DNA from: Antedon mediterranea
Taxonomy: Eukaryota > Animalia > Echinodermata
Length of the DNA: 64,000 nucleotides
Assembly (NCBI RefSeq): GCF_964355755.1
Contig: NC_092679.1
Location: 24,101,432-24,165,431, forward strand
Direction of reading: 5' to 3'
Below, in pieces: positions 1 to 64,000 of the stretch. The notes beneath the pieces were generated by a model. The model saw nothing but the letters and a program-made list of their open reading frames with translations, was not told where the DNA came from and made no database searches. Within the stretch, counting starts at the first letter, position 1. Each line of letters begins with the position of its first letter. A program made the translations under genes and the position numbers.

Positions 1-35
1 AGAACTAGATCATAGCTTTTATAATGAGATAGTAC

Positions 36-200
36 AGTAGGCGAAGGACGAATGTTGAGTCGACCGTAGTGATACGGTAATGAATAAAATGGTGTACATA
101 ATGTCATTTCATGTTTCGGAAGAGTAGGGGGTTACCCCTGGGGTACTGGTTTATCTCGGCCCCTGTGGATTGCAATCGACATGAAACGTCATTGGGTGGC
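36..200 (+). mobile_element. Degenerate SINE fragment (Deu/Nin-type central domain)
   Basis: Shares AAGAGTAGGGGGTTACCCC..GG with the SINE at 42311-42667. Confidence 0.45.
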
Positions 201-1218
201 AGCAACACAAAGGGACCATTAAAGGTGAAAAATAGTGTCGTTTAATACAATATTTACAAATTTAGGAACAGTATAACAATATGAATTTCTAACAATGTTT
301 GAAATTATAAAGCATAATTATTTATAACATACTTTAGGTGAAGACAATGTAGAAAATTTTTAAATTGGCACCAACAATTTTAAAAATTTTTATTTTACTT
401 TTAGGTGCTCTAAACACACACACACACACACAGTACAGTATATTGAAATGTTCTACTGTGAATGTGTGTTTGGAATATTCCATTATTTTCGTCCAGACCA
501 AAATGTGGGGTTCATCTCAAAAGTTTGATTTTCTGAAAAAACTGACATAATCAATTTAAGGAACTACTCAGAAATTAGATACTAACTTAGATACTACAGT
601 AATTATTAAATAATAATAATAATAATATTTATTCGGCAAAAGTTTATAAAAGTACATTTCACAATTCATCTTGCCAGGAGCAAGTAATAGGCATGAGCCC
701 AAACAGAAAACTGCTCTTAATCCATCATTACTTATAAAATACAAAAATAACAAAACTAAAATAACTAAACTAAGTAGCACAAGTTAAAAAACAAAACAAA
801 ACAAAGTTATAATGAGATACACCAATTAAAAACAAGCTGCATTGAATGAACAATATAAACAATTACAACTTAATATTTTGAGATCAAATGTTTGGTGAAA
901 TACTGTAGTTTGGTGAAATAGTTTGGTGAAATAGTTTGGTGAAATAGTTTGGTGAAATAGTTTCAATAAACATTTGCTTCAATTATAGTTTGAATACTTT
1001 TGTTATGGTTATGAAAATAGAAGGAAAATGTTGTTAATTTTGTTTTATAAATGATGATATATTATTTATTTACTTGAATATAGTACAAGACTAGCAAACT
1101 TGAGTTTAACACTAAATGTCAATTCAATGATAAAAAGTTAGCAGTTAACCAGTTACAATCTGTTAAAATCAGTTATAAAACAGCAGTTACAACAGGGATA
1201 TAGCTGTCAAAGAGTTAT

Positions 1219-2463
1219 GATGTCCAATGTTATTAGGGTTGGTGGAGATGTCCAATGTTATTAGGGTTGGTGGAGATGTCCAATGTTCTTAGGGTTGGTA
1301 GAGATGTCCAATGTTATTAGGGTTGGTGGAGATGTCCAATGTTATTAGGGTTGGTAGAGATGTCCAATGTTATTAGGGTTGGTGGGGATGTCCAATGTTA
1401 TTAGGGTTGGTGGAGATGTCCAATGTTATTAGGGTTGGTGGAGATGTCCAATGTTATTAGGGTTGGTGGAGATGTCCAATGTTATTAGGGTTGGTGGAGA
1501 TGTCCAATTGTTATTAGGGTTGGTAGAGATGTCCAATGTTATTAGGGTTGGTGGAGATGTCCAATGTTATTAGGGTTGGTGGAGATGTCCAATGTTATTA
1601 GGGTTGGTGGAGATGTCCAATGTTATTAGGGTTGGTAGAGATGTCCAATGTTATTAGGGTTGGTGGAGATGTCCAATGTTATTAGGGTTGGTGGAGATGT
1701 CCAATGTTATTAGGGTTGGTAGAGATGTCCAATGTTATTAGGGTTGGTGGAGATGTCCAATGTTATTAGGGTTGGTGGAGATGTCCAATGTTATTAGGGT
1801 TGGTGGAGATGTCCAATGTTATTAGGGTTGGTAGAGATGTCCAATGTTATTAGGGTTGGTGGGGATGTCCAATGTTATTAGGGTTGGTGGAGATGTCCAA
1901 TGTTATTAGGGTTGGTGGAGATGTCCAATGTTATTAGGGTTGGTGGAGATGTCCAATGTTATTAGGGTTGGTGGAGATGTCCAATTGTTATTAGGGTTGG
2001 TAGAGATGTCCAATGTTATTAGGGTTGGTGGAGATGTCCAATGTTATTAGGGTTGGTGGAGATGTCCAATGTTATTAGGGTTGGTGGAGATGTCCAATGT
2101 TATTAGGGTTGGTAGAGATGTCCAATGTTATTAGGGTTGGTGGAGATGTCCAATGTTATTAGGGTTGGTGGAGATGTCCAATGTTATTAGGGTTGGTGGA
2201 GATGTCCAATGTTATTAGGGTTGGTAGAGATGTCCAATGTTATTAGGGTTGGTGGGGATGTCCAATGTTATTAGGGTTGGTGGAGATGTCCAATGTTATT
2301 AGGGTTGGTAGAGATGTCCAATGTTATTAGGGTTGGTGGAGATGTCCAATGTTATTAGGGTTGGTAGAGATGTCCAATGTTATTAGGGTTGGTGGAGATG
2401 TCCAATGTTATTAGGGTTGGTAGAGATGTCCAATGTTATTAGGGTTGGTGGAGATGTCCAATG
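1219..2463. repeat. 28-bp minisatellite, ~44 copies (GATGTCCAATGTTATTAGGGTTGGTGGA)
   Basis: Direct tandem array. Confidence 0.97.
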
Positions 2464-2691
2464 GTACTTTGCTGTACTTTGCTGTACTTTTCCAAGTATC
2501 CAGAGGTTTCTTGAGGGCGCTGTTGTTGAAATTAATTAGGTGCAAGGTTATACAATTAGCTTTACTGTAGACTAAGTGGAAGAAAGAACTTTGATTGAAT
2601 GTATCCCATCCTACAGTAGCTTTGGCCAGGATGTTTAAAGTAAAGAAATGGTGTACATGGTCTAGGCCTATGTACAGTACTACTGTACAGT

Positions 2692-2940
2692 AGGTAAAAA
2701 GGTAAAGGTGAGTCCCGTGTTCTCTGAACGTAGGGGAATAAGCTGTTAGGAGCTCATTGTACTAAGCCTCGGCATTATGTGGTAGGGTGGCCAGTTCCTT
2801 TCCACGCCGCCTTTTTTCTCCCTAGTATTTTCAACCAGGTACTCATTTTACAGCTGAGTGGACTGGGAGTTGTCGGGCATTGAACCCGGGTCTATCTGTA
2901 CGACAGTCAAGTGTCCTAACCACTCGGCTATCCAACTCCT
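2692..2940 (-). mobile_element. tRNA-derived SINE
   Basis: Minus strand reads TAGCCGAGTGGTTAGG (A box) ... GGGTTCAATGCC (B box), then GTCCACTCAGCTGTAAAATGAGTACC and a TTTACC-repeat tail. Confidence 0.7.
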
Positions 2941-3120
2941 TTAGTGTAGGTACCTCTTTCAAACTCAAATTCATTCGTGTCAATGTTCTTACTTAGATCT
3001 AAAGTATGTTATGACGGCGCACTAGACTTAAGGAAATGTAAAACTATAACAATGCTGGTCAGTTTCAGAATATCGTAAACGATTGACATACAAAAGTAAA
3101 AATTGGCAAATGATAGTCTT

Positions 3121-3276
3121 AAGCTCTGTGTACAAACTTTATGTGACAAAAATTGTGATGTGCCCATTATGGACATGATGATGTCATATCACTACCATAT
3201 TTGGGCATATCACTACCCTATTTGGGAACATCACACTTTTTTTTTCGAACTAGTTTAATAGTGTAGACAGATCTTT
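3121..3276. mobile_element. ~150-bp MITE family (TIR AAGCTCTGTCTACACTATCAAACT), representative copy
   Basis: Further copies at ~5655-5800, 6775-6911, 7277-7497, 8901-9040, 20585-20751, 44300-44436 and 60755-60838. Internal CATCACTACCATATTTGGG repeats vary in number; flanks are TA/TTA-rich. Confidence 0.8.
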
Positions 3277-3384
3277 ATGATAATTATGAAAATAAATTAT
3301 ATTTTTTATCATTTCTGTAAACTTCCTCTAGGTTTGTGTGTAAATTCTAGAATCTAGAATCGTATTTTTTTGGTTTTTTATTAG

Positions 3385-32565
<29,181 letters not shown>

Positions 32566-33924
32566 AAATCAACAGATGCAAGAACAATTTTGCTGAAAAA
32601 CATGTTATAATGAAGAATTTTCTCGCAGAACTCATAAAAAAATAGTATGAGAAAAAACAAATTATAACAAAGTTTGAGGATCATTTTTATTTTTTTGGTA
32701 GCGACAACACATAAGAATGGAAAATTATCTGAAAGTTTTCAGCAAAATATAAAGTCAATTAATTTTGCAAGATCCAAAATCATGGGATATTGGCAGCAAC
32801 ATGTGAGAATGAAGAATTGTATTGCAGAACTCGGAAAATATCTGACAATTGACAAGCGTGAGATTCGTAGGAAGTAGGGACAATGTGCGAGAATGTTTTA
32901 AAACTCATAAAGATATATGATAATCAACAACAATTATCAAAGTGTGAGATTAAAGTATAGTTCCATAGTGATAATAATATAATATTAAGGATGAAGATCT
33001 CTTACCAATATAATAGGAGAATTGTGAGATTCATCTAATCATTTAATGAGAGTAAAGATGAATCAGTAAAATCTTACAAACCAATTGGTTTTGTCATGAG
33101 ATTATCTGAGTACAATACAATCATGCAAGTACAACAAGATCAAGTACAACAAGATCAAGTATAACAAGATCAAGTACAACAAGATCAAGTACATACAAAT
33201 CTAGTGAGAATCAAGTACTATTTTGTGAGACTTAGATATGAGACCAACTTCTAATATTAAAACTAGGAATTATATACAGTATTTGAATGACTGTTAGCAG
33301 TTTATGACATTTTGTCATAAGATATTTACATTAGAATTTTGCAGTGTATTGTGGTTAACAAATACATTAAGTATTGACATCTGTATTGTATTTAATATGT
33401 AAAAACTGTCTCGCAATGTTCTTGTCTTATTAAAGGACACCTTTAGGACCCAAATGTTTCCCCTGAATAGGGGTTGGCTGTAGTGTTACAGCATTACCCC
33501 TTGTTGTGTCCCATCAATAGGGGTGAATCCTATTGTTCCGCTCAGCATTTTGTAAAATACTATCTATGTACGATTGCTGTATAATAAAATAAAGACTTGT
33601 ATTATCTCAGCATTACTGGATGATCTTAGCTATGACCAAAATGCAAGGATATTGAAAAGTACTGTCTCTCCCAAGTAGTTAGCAAAATATCGTTGAATGT
33701 CTCATCTAATTTGAATACTCTGAATTTGATTGTGCTGCTAATATCATTTTTGTGTATTTTAGAAATGCATATCGCATATAATTTATTTTGATTTACTTAC
33801 TAAAATTCTAGTATTTAATTTTTGTTTGATTTATAACATATCTGGGATAAAATGTAATAGAAACAAAACTTGGGGTAACTTTGTAATGTAACCCTTTAGG
33901 CAATAAAATAATATTACTACACTA

Positions 33925-34336
33925 CAGTAGAACCTGTATTGAGGGGACACCTGAGACCCAACTCAAAATGTCCACTTAATAGAGGTGTATTGAGGGGACA
34001 CCTGAGACCCAACTCAAAATGTCCACTTAATAGAGGTGTATTGAGGGGACACCTGAGACCCAACTCAAAATGTCCACTTAATAGAGGTGTATTGAGGGGA
34101 CACCTGAGACCCAACTCAAAATGTCCACTTAATAGAGGTGTATTGAGGGGACACCTGAGACCCAACTCAAAATGTCCACTTAATAGAGGTTTATTGAGGG
34201 GACACCTGAGACCCAACTCAAAATGTCCACTTAATAGAGGTGTATTGATGGGACACCTGAGACCCAACTCCAAAATGTACACATGGAAGTGTCCTTTAAT
34301 AAGGATGTCTCATGTCCAAAAGTAGAGATTTTACTG
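33925..34336. mobile_element. Tigger-like MITE containing a 51-bp x ~6.5 tandem array (downstream of the MAP4K stop codon)
   Basis: TA|CAGTAGAACCTGTA ... TAGAGATTTTACTG ends; internal GAGGGGACACCTGAGACCCAACTCAAAATGTCCACTTAATAGAGGTGTATT array. Confidence 0.75.
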
Positions 34337-37300
34337 TTATTACCATTTAGATTAACTTAGCTTTGAACTCAAAATGGCAACTTTAAACAAAGGTCTCAAA
34401 TTTAACTTTAATTAATTTAATTTTTCTTTTTCCGATATTCCTAAAAGATATTATAATATTATTGAATAGCCTAGAGTAATAACAATATCAAAACTTTAAA
34501 AAAGATAAGTATATTTTATATTTCTTACTCCTTCTACTATTAACTCCTATAAGGGTTCGTTGCATTAATTGCAGTATACTCCTTCTACTATTAACTCCTA
34601 TAAGGGTTCGTTGCATTAATTGCAGTATAAAATAATTACTCAAAATTGGCCTCATACAAGTTAGCAATTTTAAGAAACAAAAATATATTATAATAATGGA
34701 AATGAATAGGATATAGTTACTAACTTATTTTATTAGCAAATACATAGTGTATTATGTTATTGCTAAAACAGGCTGCTGTCATCAAATGTAAACAATGAAA
34801 TCTTTGTAACAACAAGTCAAAGCCAGCTATATATTAAAATACAGAAATTCCTTTTTGAGGGGTAGAAAATAATGTTCAACCTGATGGAAAGTTTGTTTTT
34901 TTCGAATTCATTGATGAGTTGTGGGTAAATTTGATATAGCAATCTTGTTATGAAAATATATTCTGATCATGTTCTCAAAATATTTCATTCTTTATAAATA
35001 TTCAGGCACTTGAAAATATACTTATGATGATAGTTGAATTTTAATTCAGTTTTCTATTGTAAATTTGAGATCAATATGCAGGTACTGTATAACCTATATT
35101 TTTCATTGGGAAAACATGGAATTTTTACATCAATCCTTTGCAGAAAATTTGTTTAGCTCAAACTCATTTTAGCTTTCTAAAGGGGGAAATACAGCTTAAC
35201 AACTTCATATCATTTGTTAAATTGCAAAAAAAAATTATGGATTGTATACGTACGTAAAATCCATGAAACGTAAGATTTTTTACAATTGTGTAATATCGGC
35301 AGAGAAAAATAAAAATAGATGTTTATAAAGATTTCTTTTTTGAAACACTTGCATTGTTTTGTGTACTTATGTATATGTGTGTATAGGTTTTGAAGCGTGT
35401 ATATGAAGCGACGTGTATTTAGAATAAGTTTCTAGAGAAGGCTGTTGGAATACTGTATTTGTTATTATTGATGATAAAGAATCATATTGGCTCCAAATAG
35501 ACTGGTTATACCAATGGTAATACAAATATAAACGTTAATGAATTTGTGTAAAAGAATTTATTTTATCAGAATGATGAAATTATACTATGGAATAAAGAAA
35601 ATATTTCACTTAATATATGACCAAAGATATCATTTTGAGTTGAATAATTATTATTGTTATAATTTTGCTGTAAAATCAATACTAGAGCTTACTTACATGG
35701 TATTGTGTAGCTAATCTGTTCCTATATTTGTTTGTGAAAGTTAGTAAATGGAATAAATATTAAAATAAAAGAATGTTAGAATATTATTTTATTTTTTATT
35801 GTTTAATAGGTAAATAATAAAATTATTATAATTATTCAATCAATCAATCAATCAATGTAATAATTTAATTTACAAAATGAATTTGTACTGTAAACTGTAT
35901 TCCAACAGCTTTCTGTTTTTGTACTGTGTTAGGGCATATGTAACATAAGTTGTGTCCTTATCTTGTTGTAAAAATGTACTAAAACAATTATAGAGAGTGT
36001 TTAAGTTGCTAACGATTATGTTGCAATTCCTCTGTTCATTAAACTTTAATAAGAATCTATGATTTTGTATTTATATGAAGATTTAAAAAAATTAATGATA
36101 GTTAATGAAATAGTAATATTATTAATTTCATCTTTGTATTTAATCATTGTTGATTTTAGAGTGTAAATATGCATAAAACTAATTTTTGATCTTTTTTTAC
36201 TAATTTGTAGAATTTATAGCTTAAAAAAGTTGCAGATTTTTTCTTTTTTCAGTCATTATTTTTATTTGTGGTTATCTATATAATACACACAGGGATAATT
36301 TTGGAGTTGTTAAAATTAGCGAATAATTTACAATATCCTCCTACCTTCTATGTGTAGTTTTTCATGTTTGTCCAATAAAATAATTACCATATATCAAAAT
36401 GTAAAAATTAAACTTTTTCTACAGTATGTATCTATGAGTGAGTAATAATTGGGCAAGTAATAATTGGAAAGTATGAATTTGTCAGGAAAAAGTCTGTCAG
36501 AATTTCATGTTGTAACTCTATAATAAAGGTTACCGTTTGGCCTTATTAGACCATACATTTAATTACGTCTTTTTGTTAATATATTGTGATTTTCTTAGAC
36601 ACACACAGCCTCAGAGGTGGCAATTCTGTGTTCAAGTCCTGTCAGATGGCCGTATTATTATCATGTTTAACTCCACAAAAAACACTACTACTATAAACAA
36701 ATCTTTGTGAGTAGAACATGTCGTGAATAAGATCCTGACATCTGACAGGATTGAACCCAGGACCCATGGGTCAGTAGCCGAGCATCTAAATCAAAGTCCA
36801 CTCAAAATATATCCTCTAATTTTAAGGATCTTTCTGTTCCGGCACGGTTCCAGTCCGACGGCAGAAAATCAATTTTAATACCAATGTTTCGTTTTCATGA
36901 TGCTCCAGGCGGCTATGCACTAATCAATATGCACTTAGCCAGATCTGAATATGGTGTGAAAGACCCGTAACACATGCATGTTCTTCTCATTGCAATTAGA
37001 TACAGAACAACATAACTAACATTTAACCATTTACTGGTGTTGTTTATTGTTAATACTTGATTATCAATCCACTTGATCAAGCGTCATTTATATTGGTTCA
37101 AGATACCAGGATAACATTTTGCACCAATCGAATCACTCATAAACATACGCTAGGGATTACAATGATGTTATGTCTACTTTTTGCACCAATCAAATCATTC
37201 GTAAACACACTAGGGAGTACAATGATGTTTTAATCTATTTCATTTTCTGGATGCTGTTAGACGATAATAATTGAGAAGAAATTGTAATAGACTAGCTGCT

Positions 37301-38099
37301 GTATTAATGTTTCAATCTAAATAAATATTATGACCACTGACCATTAAATGGGGTTAAAACAAATATACTGCCCTCTATTGTAAAATTGTTAACAGTACGA
37401 TAAATTATAGGATGGGTTGATATGCCAACTCAGGGCTCAAAACCTTTACCTAAAACAAAGATAGTTTGCTGGTTAAATTTAATCCTCTTTTTTTTTAAAG
37501 ATATCATCCATATGTAAATTTCAATGAAGAGCAAGTGTCTTTCCTCAACCGGAATTCGCTCTTACGTAAATTTATATAGATACAGCAGTTTTTCTCTATT
37601 TTCATATACATCATCTATCCATGTCTATGTTTAAAATCATTTTACAATGGTTTTATCCACCACACAATATGTTATCAAATTTTTACAAAATATATGCAAA
37701 TAAAAATTGTCAAAACAATATAAAATGGGAATAAGAAACAAAATCCTCTCCTCCCAATTGAAGTACTAGTTTTCAAAATTCCCCTTTCGATTGACTTTAT
37801 GTGTGACTATGATATACAATTAATGTTTAAAAAAATAAGAATTAAAATTGATTAAAACTTATATTTTTTATAAAAAAAATGCATGCAAGCAATCCATCCT
37901 CTGCATTGTTTATTTTCTATTTCATTCAAACCTCATAGTGCCATTGAAACTATGTTTATGTTTTGATAAAGTGATAACGAATATCATTATGAAACAAGTA
38001 AACAAATTTGTTTCATCAGTAATTTATCAAATTTGTTTTTTTGATTCTCCAGGTTGATATTATGTCAAGTATTGTTTTATCTTTTGCCGCAGTTAAGAA

Positions 38100-38650
38100 T
38101 TCCTATTGTTTACTAACGGTTGCTATGGTAAACCAATTTACATATTAAGTATTTGACCCTGGTGTTAAGTACGATCTACTTTTCCTGGAGTACGCTTGCG
38201 CGTCTCTCGCGAGTAATATTAAACATTTTGAAGATTAATACAATGTTTATATTGTAAAAATACCCATTTTAACAAATTGTAAAATCTTGATTAATACATG
38301 AATTTGTATGTTCTTTTTAATATTCATTTACCAAAACAAACTATATTGTAAAGAAGAGACCGTATCACATCGCGGAATAATCTTGTATCTGGGGTCATTA
38401 ATTGCAAATGGTTCTTCTCTCGTCGAGATCTCTGTGGTGCGAAGACATCGCGGTAAACAATATTTTTCCTGGATGGGTAAATCGATGTGGTACATATTTC
38501 TGTGTTTTAAACACATGTTTTAAGTCAAATTACTAGCCTATCTAGAATAAAGTTAATTCATATTTTATTAAATCGTTTATAGGACAGCTTAAATTGATAT
38601 GGATAGCCTACCTCGATAACCGAACATTATGATGGAGTGAGTTGGGTAAG
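38100..38650 (+). promoter_or_regulatory. Putative CDKL promoter and non-coding first exon
   Basis: Locally CpG-rich. TGTTTAC (forkhead) at 38107-38113, X-box-like GTTGCTATGGTAAAC at 38119-38133, CTCGCGAG palindrome at 38206-38213. Strong donor GG|GTAAGT at 38646 and an acceptor TTTTTCCACAG ending at 39541, upstream of the ATG. Confidence 0.5.
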
Positions 38651-39623
38651 TAGCCACACGACGAACATAGAAAAAATACCTGACAGTGTTGGTAATTTAT
38701 AATCAATTGTTTACTAGGTAGGCTTATACCTAGGCTAGGTCACATACTACTAGGCCTATTCTATCTAGCTAGGCCTAGGATTAGACTTTATATTGTATAA
38801 TGTTTATGTAGTGTGATTACTACTAGGCCTACTACTAGGCCCAAGATAAACATTGTTGATAAGTTGAAATTGAATCGCATTGTTGTTCAATGTCTGATAT
38901 ATAAATAAAAATTAGACAGAATAATGTGTTCCTTTTTTAATTTAAAATTCACAGCAGCAGTCCGGAGTGTCAGTCGAATCACACCATTGACACTGGGGTC
39001 TGCATTCAATGTCCGTAGAAATGTGTGCCCCCAAATAATCTGACAACAAACACCCGAGATACACACATATGTGAAAATCTTTAGTCCAAACTATTAGTAT
39101 TACTAGTAGGAGGCCTACATTAAATAATATATAAAATTATGAAGAGTTTAACATGCGCCCCAACAAAAACTGACCTGTAGTTTTGAGAAGGCTAAAAATC
39201 GGCATTCTTTATTGACTTTTCATCAAGTTCCAGTTTTCTTCCATGATTACTGTCTGTCTGCGTGCAATATTTTGTCCCACATCATTTTATTTTTTTAATG
39301 ACAAACAATAAGATTAATTGTTGAAAATGTAAAAACTGAGCGATTAAATCAATCCACAATATTTTCACAATACATGCCTTCAAAATCCTATATCAAAAAT
39401 GTTTTAGCTTATGTGAGGAGCCATAATTCCTTTGGCCTATGTACAGATAAAAAATAGTTTTAGCTTTTTAAAACAAATGTTAGTCTACAAGTTATTAGCT
39501 ATCAATCAAATTAATCAATTAGTTGTTTTGTTTTTCCACAGATTCATCATACTCAACCAGTTGAAGCACCAACTGCTAATAATTTAAAATAAAGTTGAAC
39601 TTTATATATTTATTTATATATAA

Positions 39624-61059
<21,436 letters not shown>

Positions 61060-61510
61060 CTGGCTGTGCATCCTGTCCGCGTATGTAAAGACACCCTACA
61101 ACTCCACTTACGAGGCTTCTCGGTAGCAGATGACCCTCGAGGACCTAGTGAAGTGCGTGGCGACGGTAGAGAAACAAAACTAAGCGTTAAAAGTGACGCT
61201 GCTCGATTACAACCGCCACATCTACCGGAACCACCTCGCTTACATGACCCCCTCTATCTGTTACCTAGAGTCAAGAGTGGTGGAAATTGATAGTTATTCA
61301 TTTATAAATTTAAAAGTGTGTACACATGAGTGTATACATCAGCCAATCCTCATACAGTATCATCTAATGACAGTAAACAGTCTGCAGTATTGTGTCTGCT
61401 GATGACAGCAGACCCATTCATAATACCTAATATTAAGTTACTGTATCTGTCTCTCTAAAAAAATAACAACTACATTTATAAGGTTGGTCTACTGATTGGA
61501 AAACTAAATA

Positions 61511-61610
61511 CCAATTTACGAGCGGTAATGGTAAGCCATAAACGGTATAAATATAGAATCTATATTATTTCTCTTTTTAAGCTTACCATTACCGCTTGTC
61601 AGTAAATTGG
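61511..61610. repeat. Inverted repeat / MITE remnant in the presumed CDKL 3' UTR
   Basis: CCAATTTAC.AGCGGTAATGGTAAGC ... GCTTACCATTACCGCTT..GTAAATTGG. Confidence 0.65.
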
Positions 61611-61788
61611 CCTTAACTAACCATTAACCATTCAGCTAAACAGCTGAATTGCATAGAGGCGTTAACACAACACTTTTGAAAAAGTCAGGAGATGCTATTC
61701 AGTAGCCCATGTGGGATGGCTGTGTCCGTCGGCCGACATGATATTGCAGACTGATTAGTTCTTCTCTAATAACGTTGAACAATCTTTA

Positions 61789-62751
61789 TCTAAGTATTAT
61801 TAATATACTGTTAAGTATTATTAATATACTGTTAAGTATTATTGATATACTGTTAAGTATTATTGATATACTGTTAAGTATTATTGATATACTGTTAAGT
61901 ATTATTGATATACTGTTAAGTATTATTGATATACTGTTAAGTATTATTGATATACTGTTAAGTATTATTGATATACTGTTAAGTATTATTGATATACTGT
62001 TAAGTATTATTGATATACTGTTAAGTATTATTAATATACTGTTAAGTATTATTGATATACTGTACTGTTAAGTATTATTGATATACTGTTAAGTATTATT
62101 GATATACTGTTAAGTATTATTGATATACTGTTAAGTATTATTAATATACTGTTAAGTATTATTGATATACTGTTAAGTATTATTGATATACTGTTAAGTA
62201 TTATTGATATACTGTTAAGTATTATTGATATACTGTTAAGTATTATTGATATACTGTTAAGTATTATTGATATACTGTTAAGTATTATTGATATACTGTT
62301 AAGTATTATTGATATACTGTTAAGTATTATTGATATACTGTTAAGTATTATTGATATACTGTTAAGTATTATTGATATACTGTTAAGTATTATTGATATA
62401 CTGTTAAGTATTATTGATATACTGTTAAGTATTATTGATATACTGTTAAGTATTATTGATATACTGTTAAGTATTATTGATATACTGTTAAGTATTATTG
62501 ATATACTGTTAAGTATTATTGATATACTGTTAAGTATTATTGATATACTGTTAAGTATTATTGATATACTGTTAAGTATTATTGATATACTGTTAAGTAT
62601 TATTGATATACTGTTAAGTATTATTGATATACTGTTAAGTATTATTGATATACTGTTAAGTATTATTAATATACTGTTAAGTATTATTGATATACTGTTA
62701 AGTATTATTGATATACTGTTAAGTATTATTGATATACTGTTAAGTATTATT
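61789..62751. repeat. 21-bp AT-rich minisatellite, ~46 copies (TAAGTATTATTGATATACTGT)
   Basis: Tandem array; explains ORFs 61775-62071 and 62049-62777. Confidence 0.97.
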
Positions 62752-64000
62752 ATACTAACTTTATTCCAAACTGTCATAATGCTTGAAAGTCATTTTCCAT
62801 TCCAACCGCGGTCAGGATGCCGTCGTAATTTTACGAATTCTACAGTTGCCAATTCCTTTTTTGCTGCGTATTGGTGTTCATTTTACCAAATCTTTTTGCT
62901 GTAATTAAAAATAAAATAGTTGTTGCTGTAGATGTTGTATGCTCACTGCACGCACGACAACACTGTTATCGCAGTGACTCAAATGCTGATGATTTCTATC
63001 TTAAATTCTACTTTTCATTATCATTTTTAGTAAACTTTAAATTTAATTTGGTTATATCAGGGAAGAGTGTATTTCACTGTCCTCTGGTTATATTAATTTA
63101 GACATTACTGGTTACTGTATATTCTTGTGAATAAAACATAGGATAAATAATCAAAGTTGAATACTCAAAAGCACTATGATTTTCATATACAATGGCTGTT
63201 TCGAATCAACTAATCCAATACCGGTTTAAAGCTGCTACAAAGCTTACAGCAATTTGTGCATAATAGCACCATGAATATATTCTTTAAAGATACTTGGATT
63301 TTAATTATTATTCATTTCATTATCATTCTCACAATAGATATAATCTACAAAAACTACTGTATTGAAAAGTACTTATTAGAATTCCTATACTAGGTGCCAA
63401 GGCAGCCATCTTACTATCCATGCATTCAACAACACATGAACAAAATGAAATTTAATTGTTTATTTTTTCTTTTTATAAGTGGAAACATTGGTTTTCATTT
63501 TTTTTTTTATGGAAGAGATTAACTTTATTAAAACTACAAATGAAAGTCTGATTTTATTAACCTTCATTTTTCATGTTTTTGAAGGTTTTTTCCCTGTGAA
63601 ACAAACGAGGGCCAATTATAACACTATAACGAATCTCTCATTTTTACATTTAAATCAATAAACTCGGGTAGGCCAAATTTTTATGGTAATTTGTAAAATA
63701 TAGAATTTTCAACTAAATTATTTTGGTCATATTTCGTATACACAAGAATATGCAGTAACTCGGGCATACCAGTTATTTGGATTAGGTTACAGCTTGTAGT
63801 AAACACAAACGCGTACAGAATGCATGGTTACGATTATTTATGTTATTTTTTTTTCATATTTAATCAAATTGTACACATTTTTAATGAATGTTATTTGTCT
63901 TTGTATATAATGTAAAAATTAATATGCATGTTATAGGTATGTTTACTAGGGTAGTTCCAAAAAAATTGCTTTATTAAAAAAAACATACATTTCAGTATTT

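Noticed and set aside
338-363. Upstream MAP4K exon (TTAG|GTGAAGAC, resembling GED)
   Set aside because: Runs into a stop within eight codons and lacks the expected QQEI motif; the 5' exons lie outside the window.
1219-2463. Interstitial telomere
   Set aside because: TTAGGG occurs once per 28-bp unit, not as tandem hexamers.
61360-61415. SECIS element that would recode the CDKL UGA as selenocysteine
   Set aside because: A small hairpin GTCTGCTG-ATGA-CAGCAGAC exists, but the AUGA/AA/GA spacing does not fit SECIS by eye; SECISearch would settle it.

Overview
AT-rich, intron-rich animal genomic DNA (invertebrate-like; taxon not determinable from the window), not prokaryotic. Two spliced kinase genes lie in tandem on the + strand. 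The first is the 3' part of a GCK-I family MAP4K (MAP4K3/5-like: C-terminal half of the kinase domain, proline-rich linker, CNH domain; 23 coding exons, 3385-32565; its 5' exons are upstream of the window). The second is a complete CDKL1-like kinase (9 coding exons, 39636-61059, 359 aa). The introns carry minisatellites, MITEs, SINEs, an internally deleted Sola2-type transposon interrupted by a SINE, and a 6.3-kb nest of Helentron-type rolling-circle elements. Most notable observations: a probable stop-codon-readthrough extension of CDKL (UGA-C, 76 in-frame GC-rich codons, then TGA-TAG); the nested Helentron cluster with its empty site preserved next to it; a 65-bp exon-end duplication that created a new splice donor in MAP4K; a set of frame-preserving MAP4K linker exons near TGCATG motifs; RFX X-box-like motifs across CDKL; and a 5S+tRNA composite SINE. 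Most ORFs in the supplied track are spurious. All exon models were read by eye, without transcript data.
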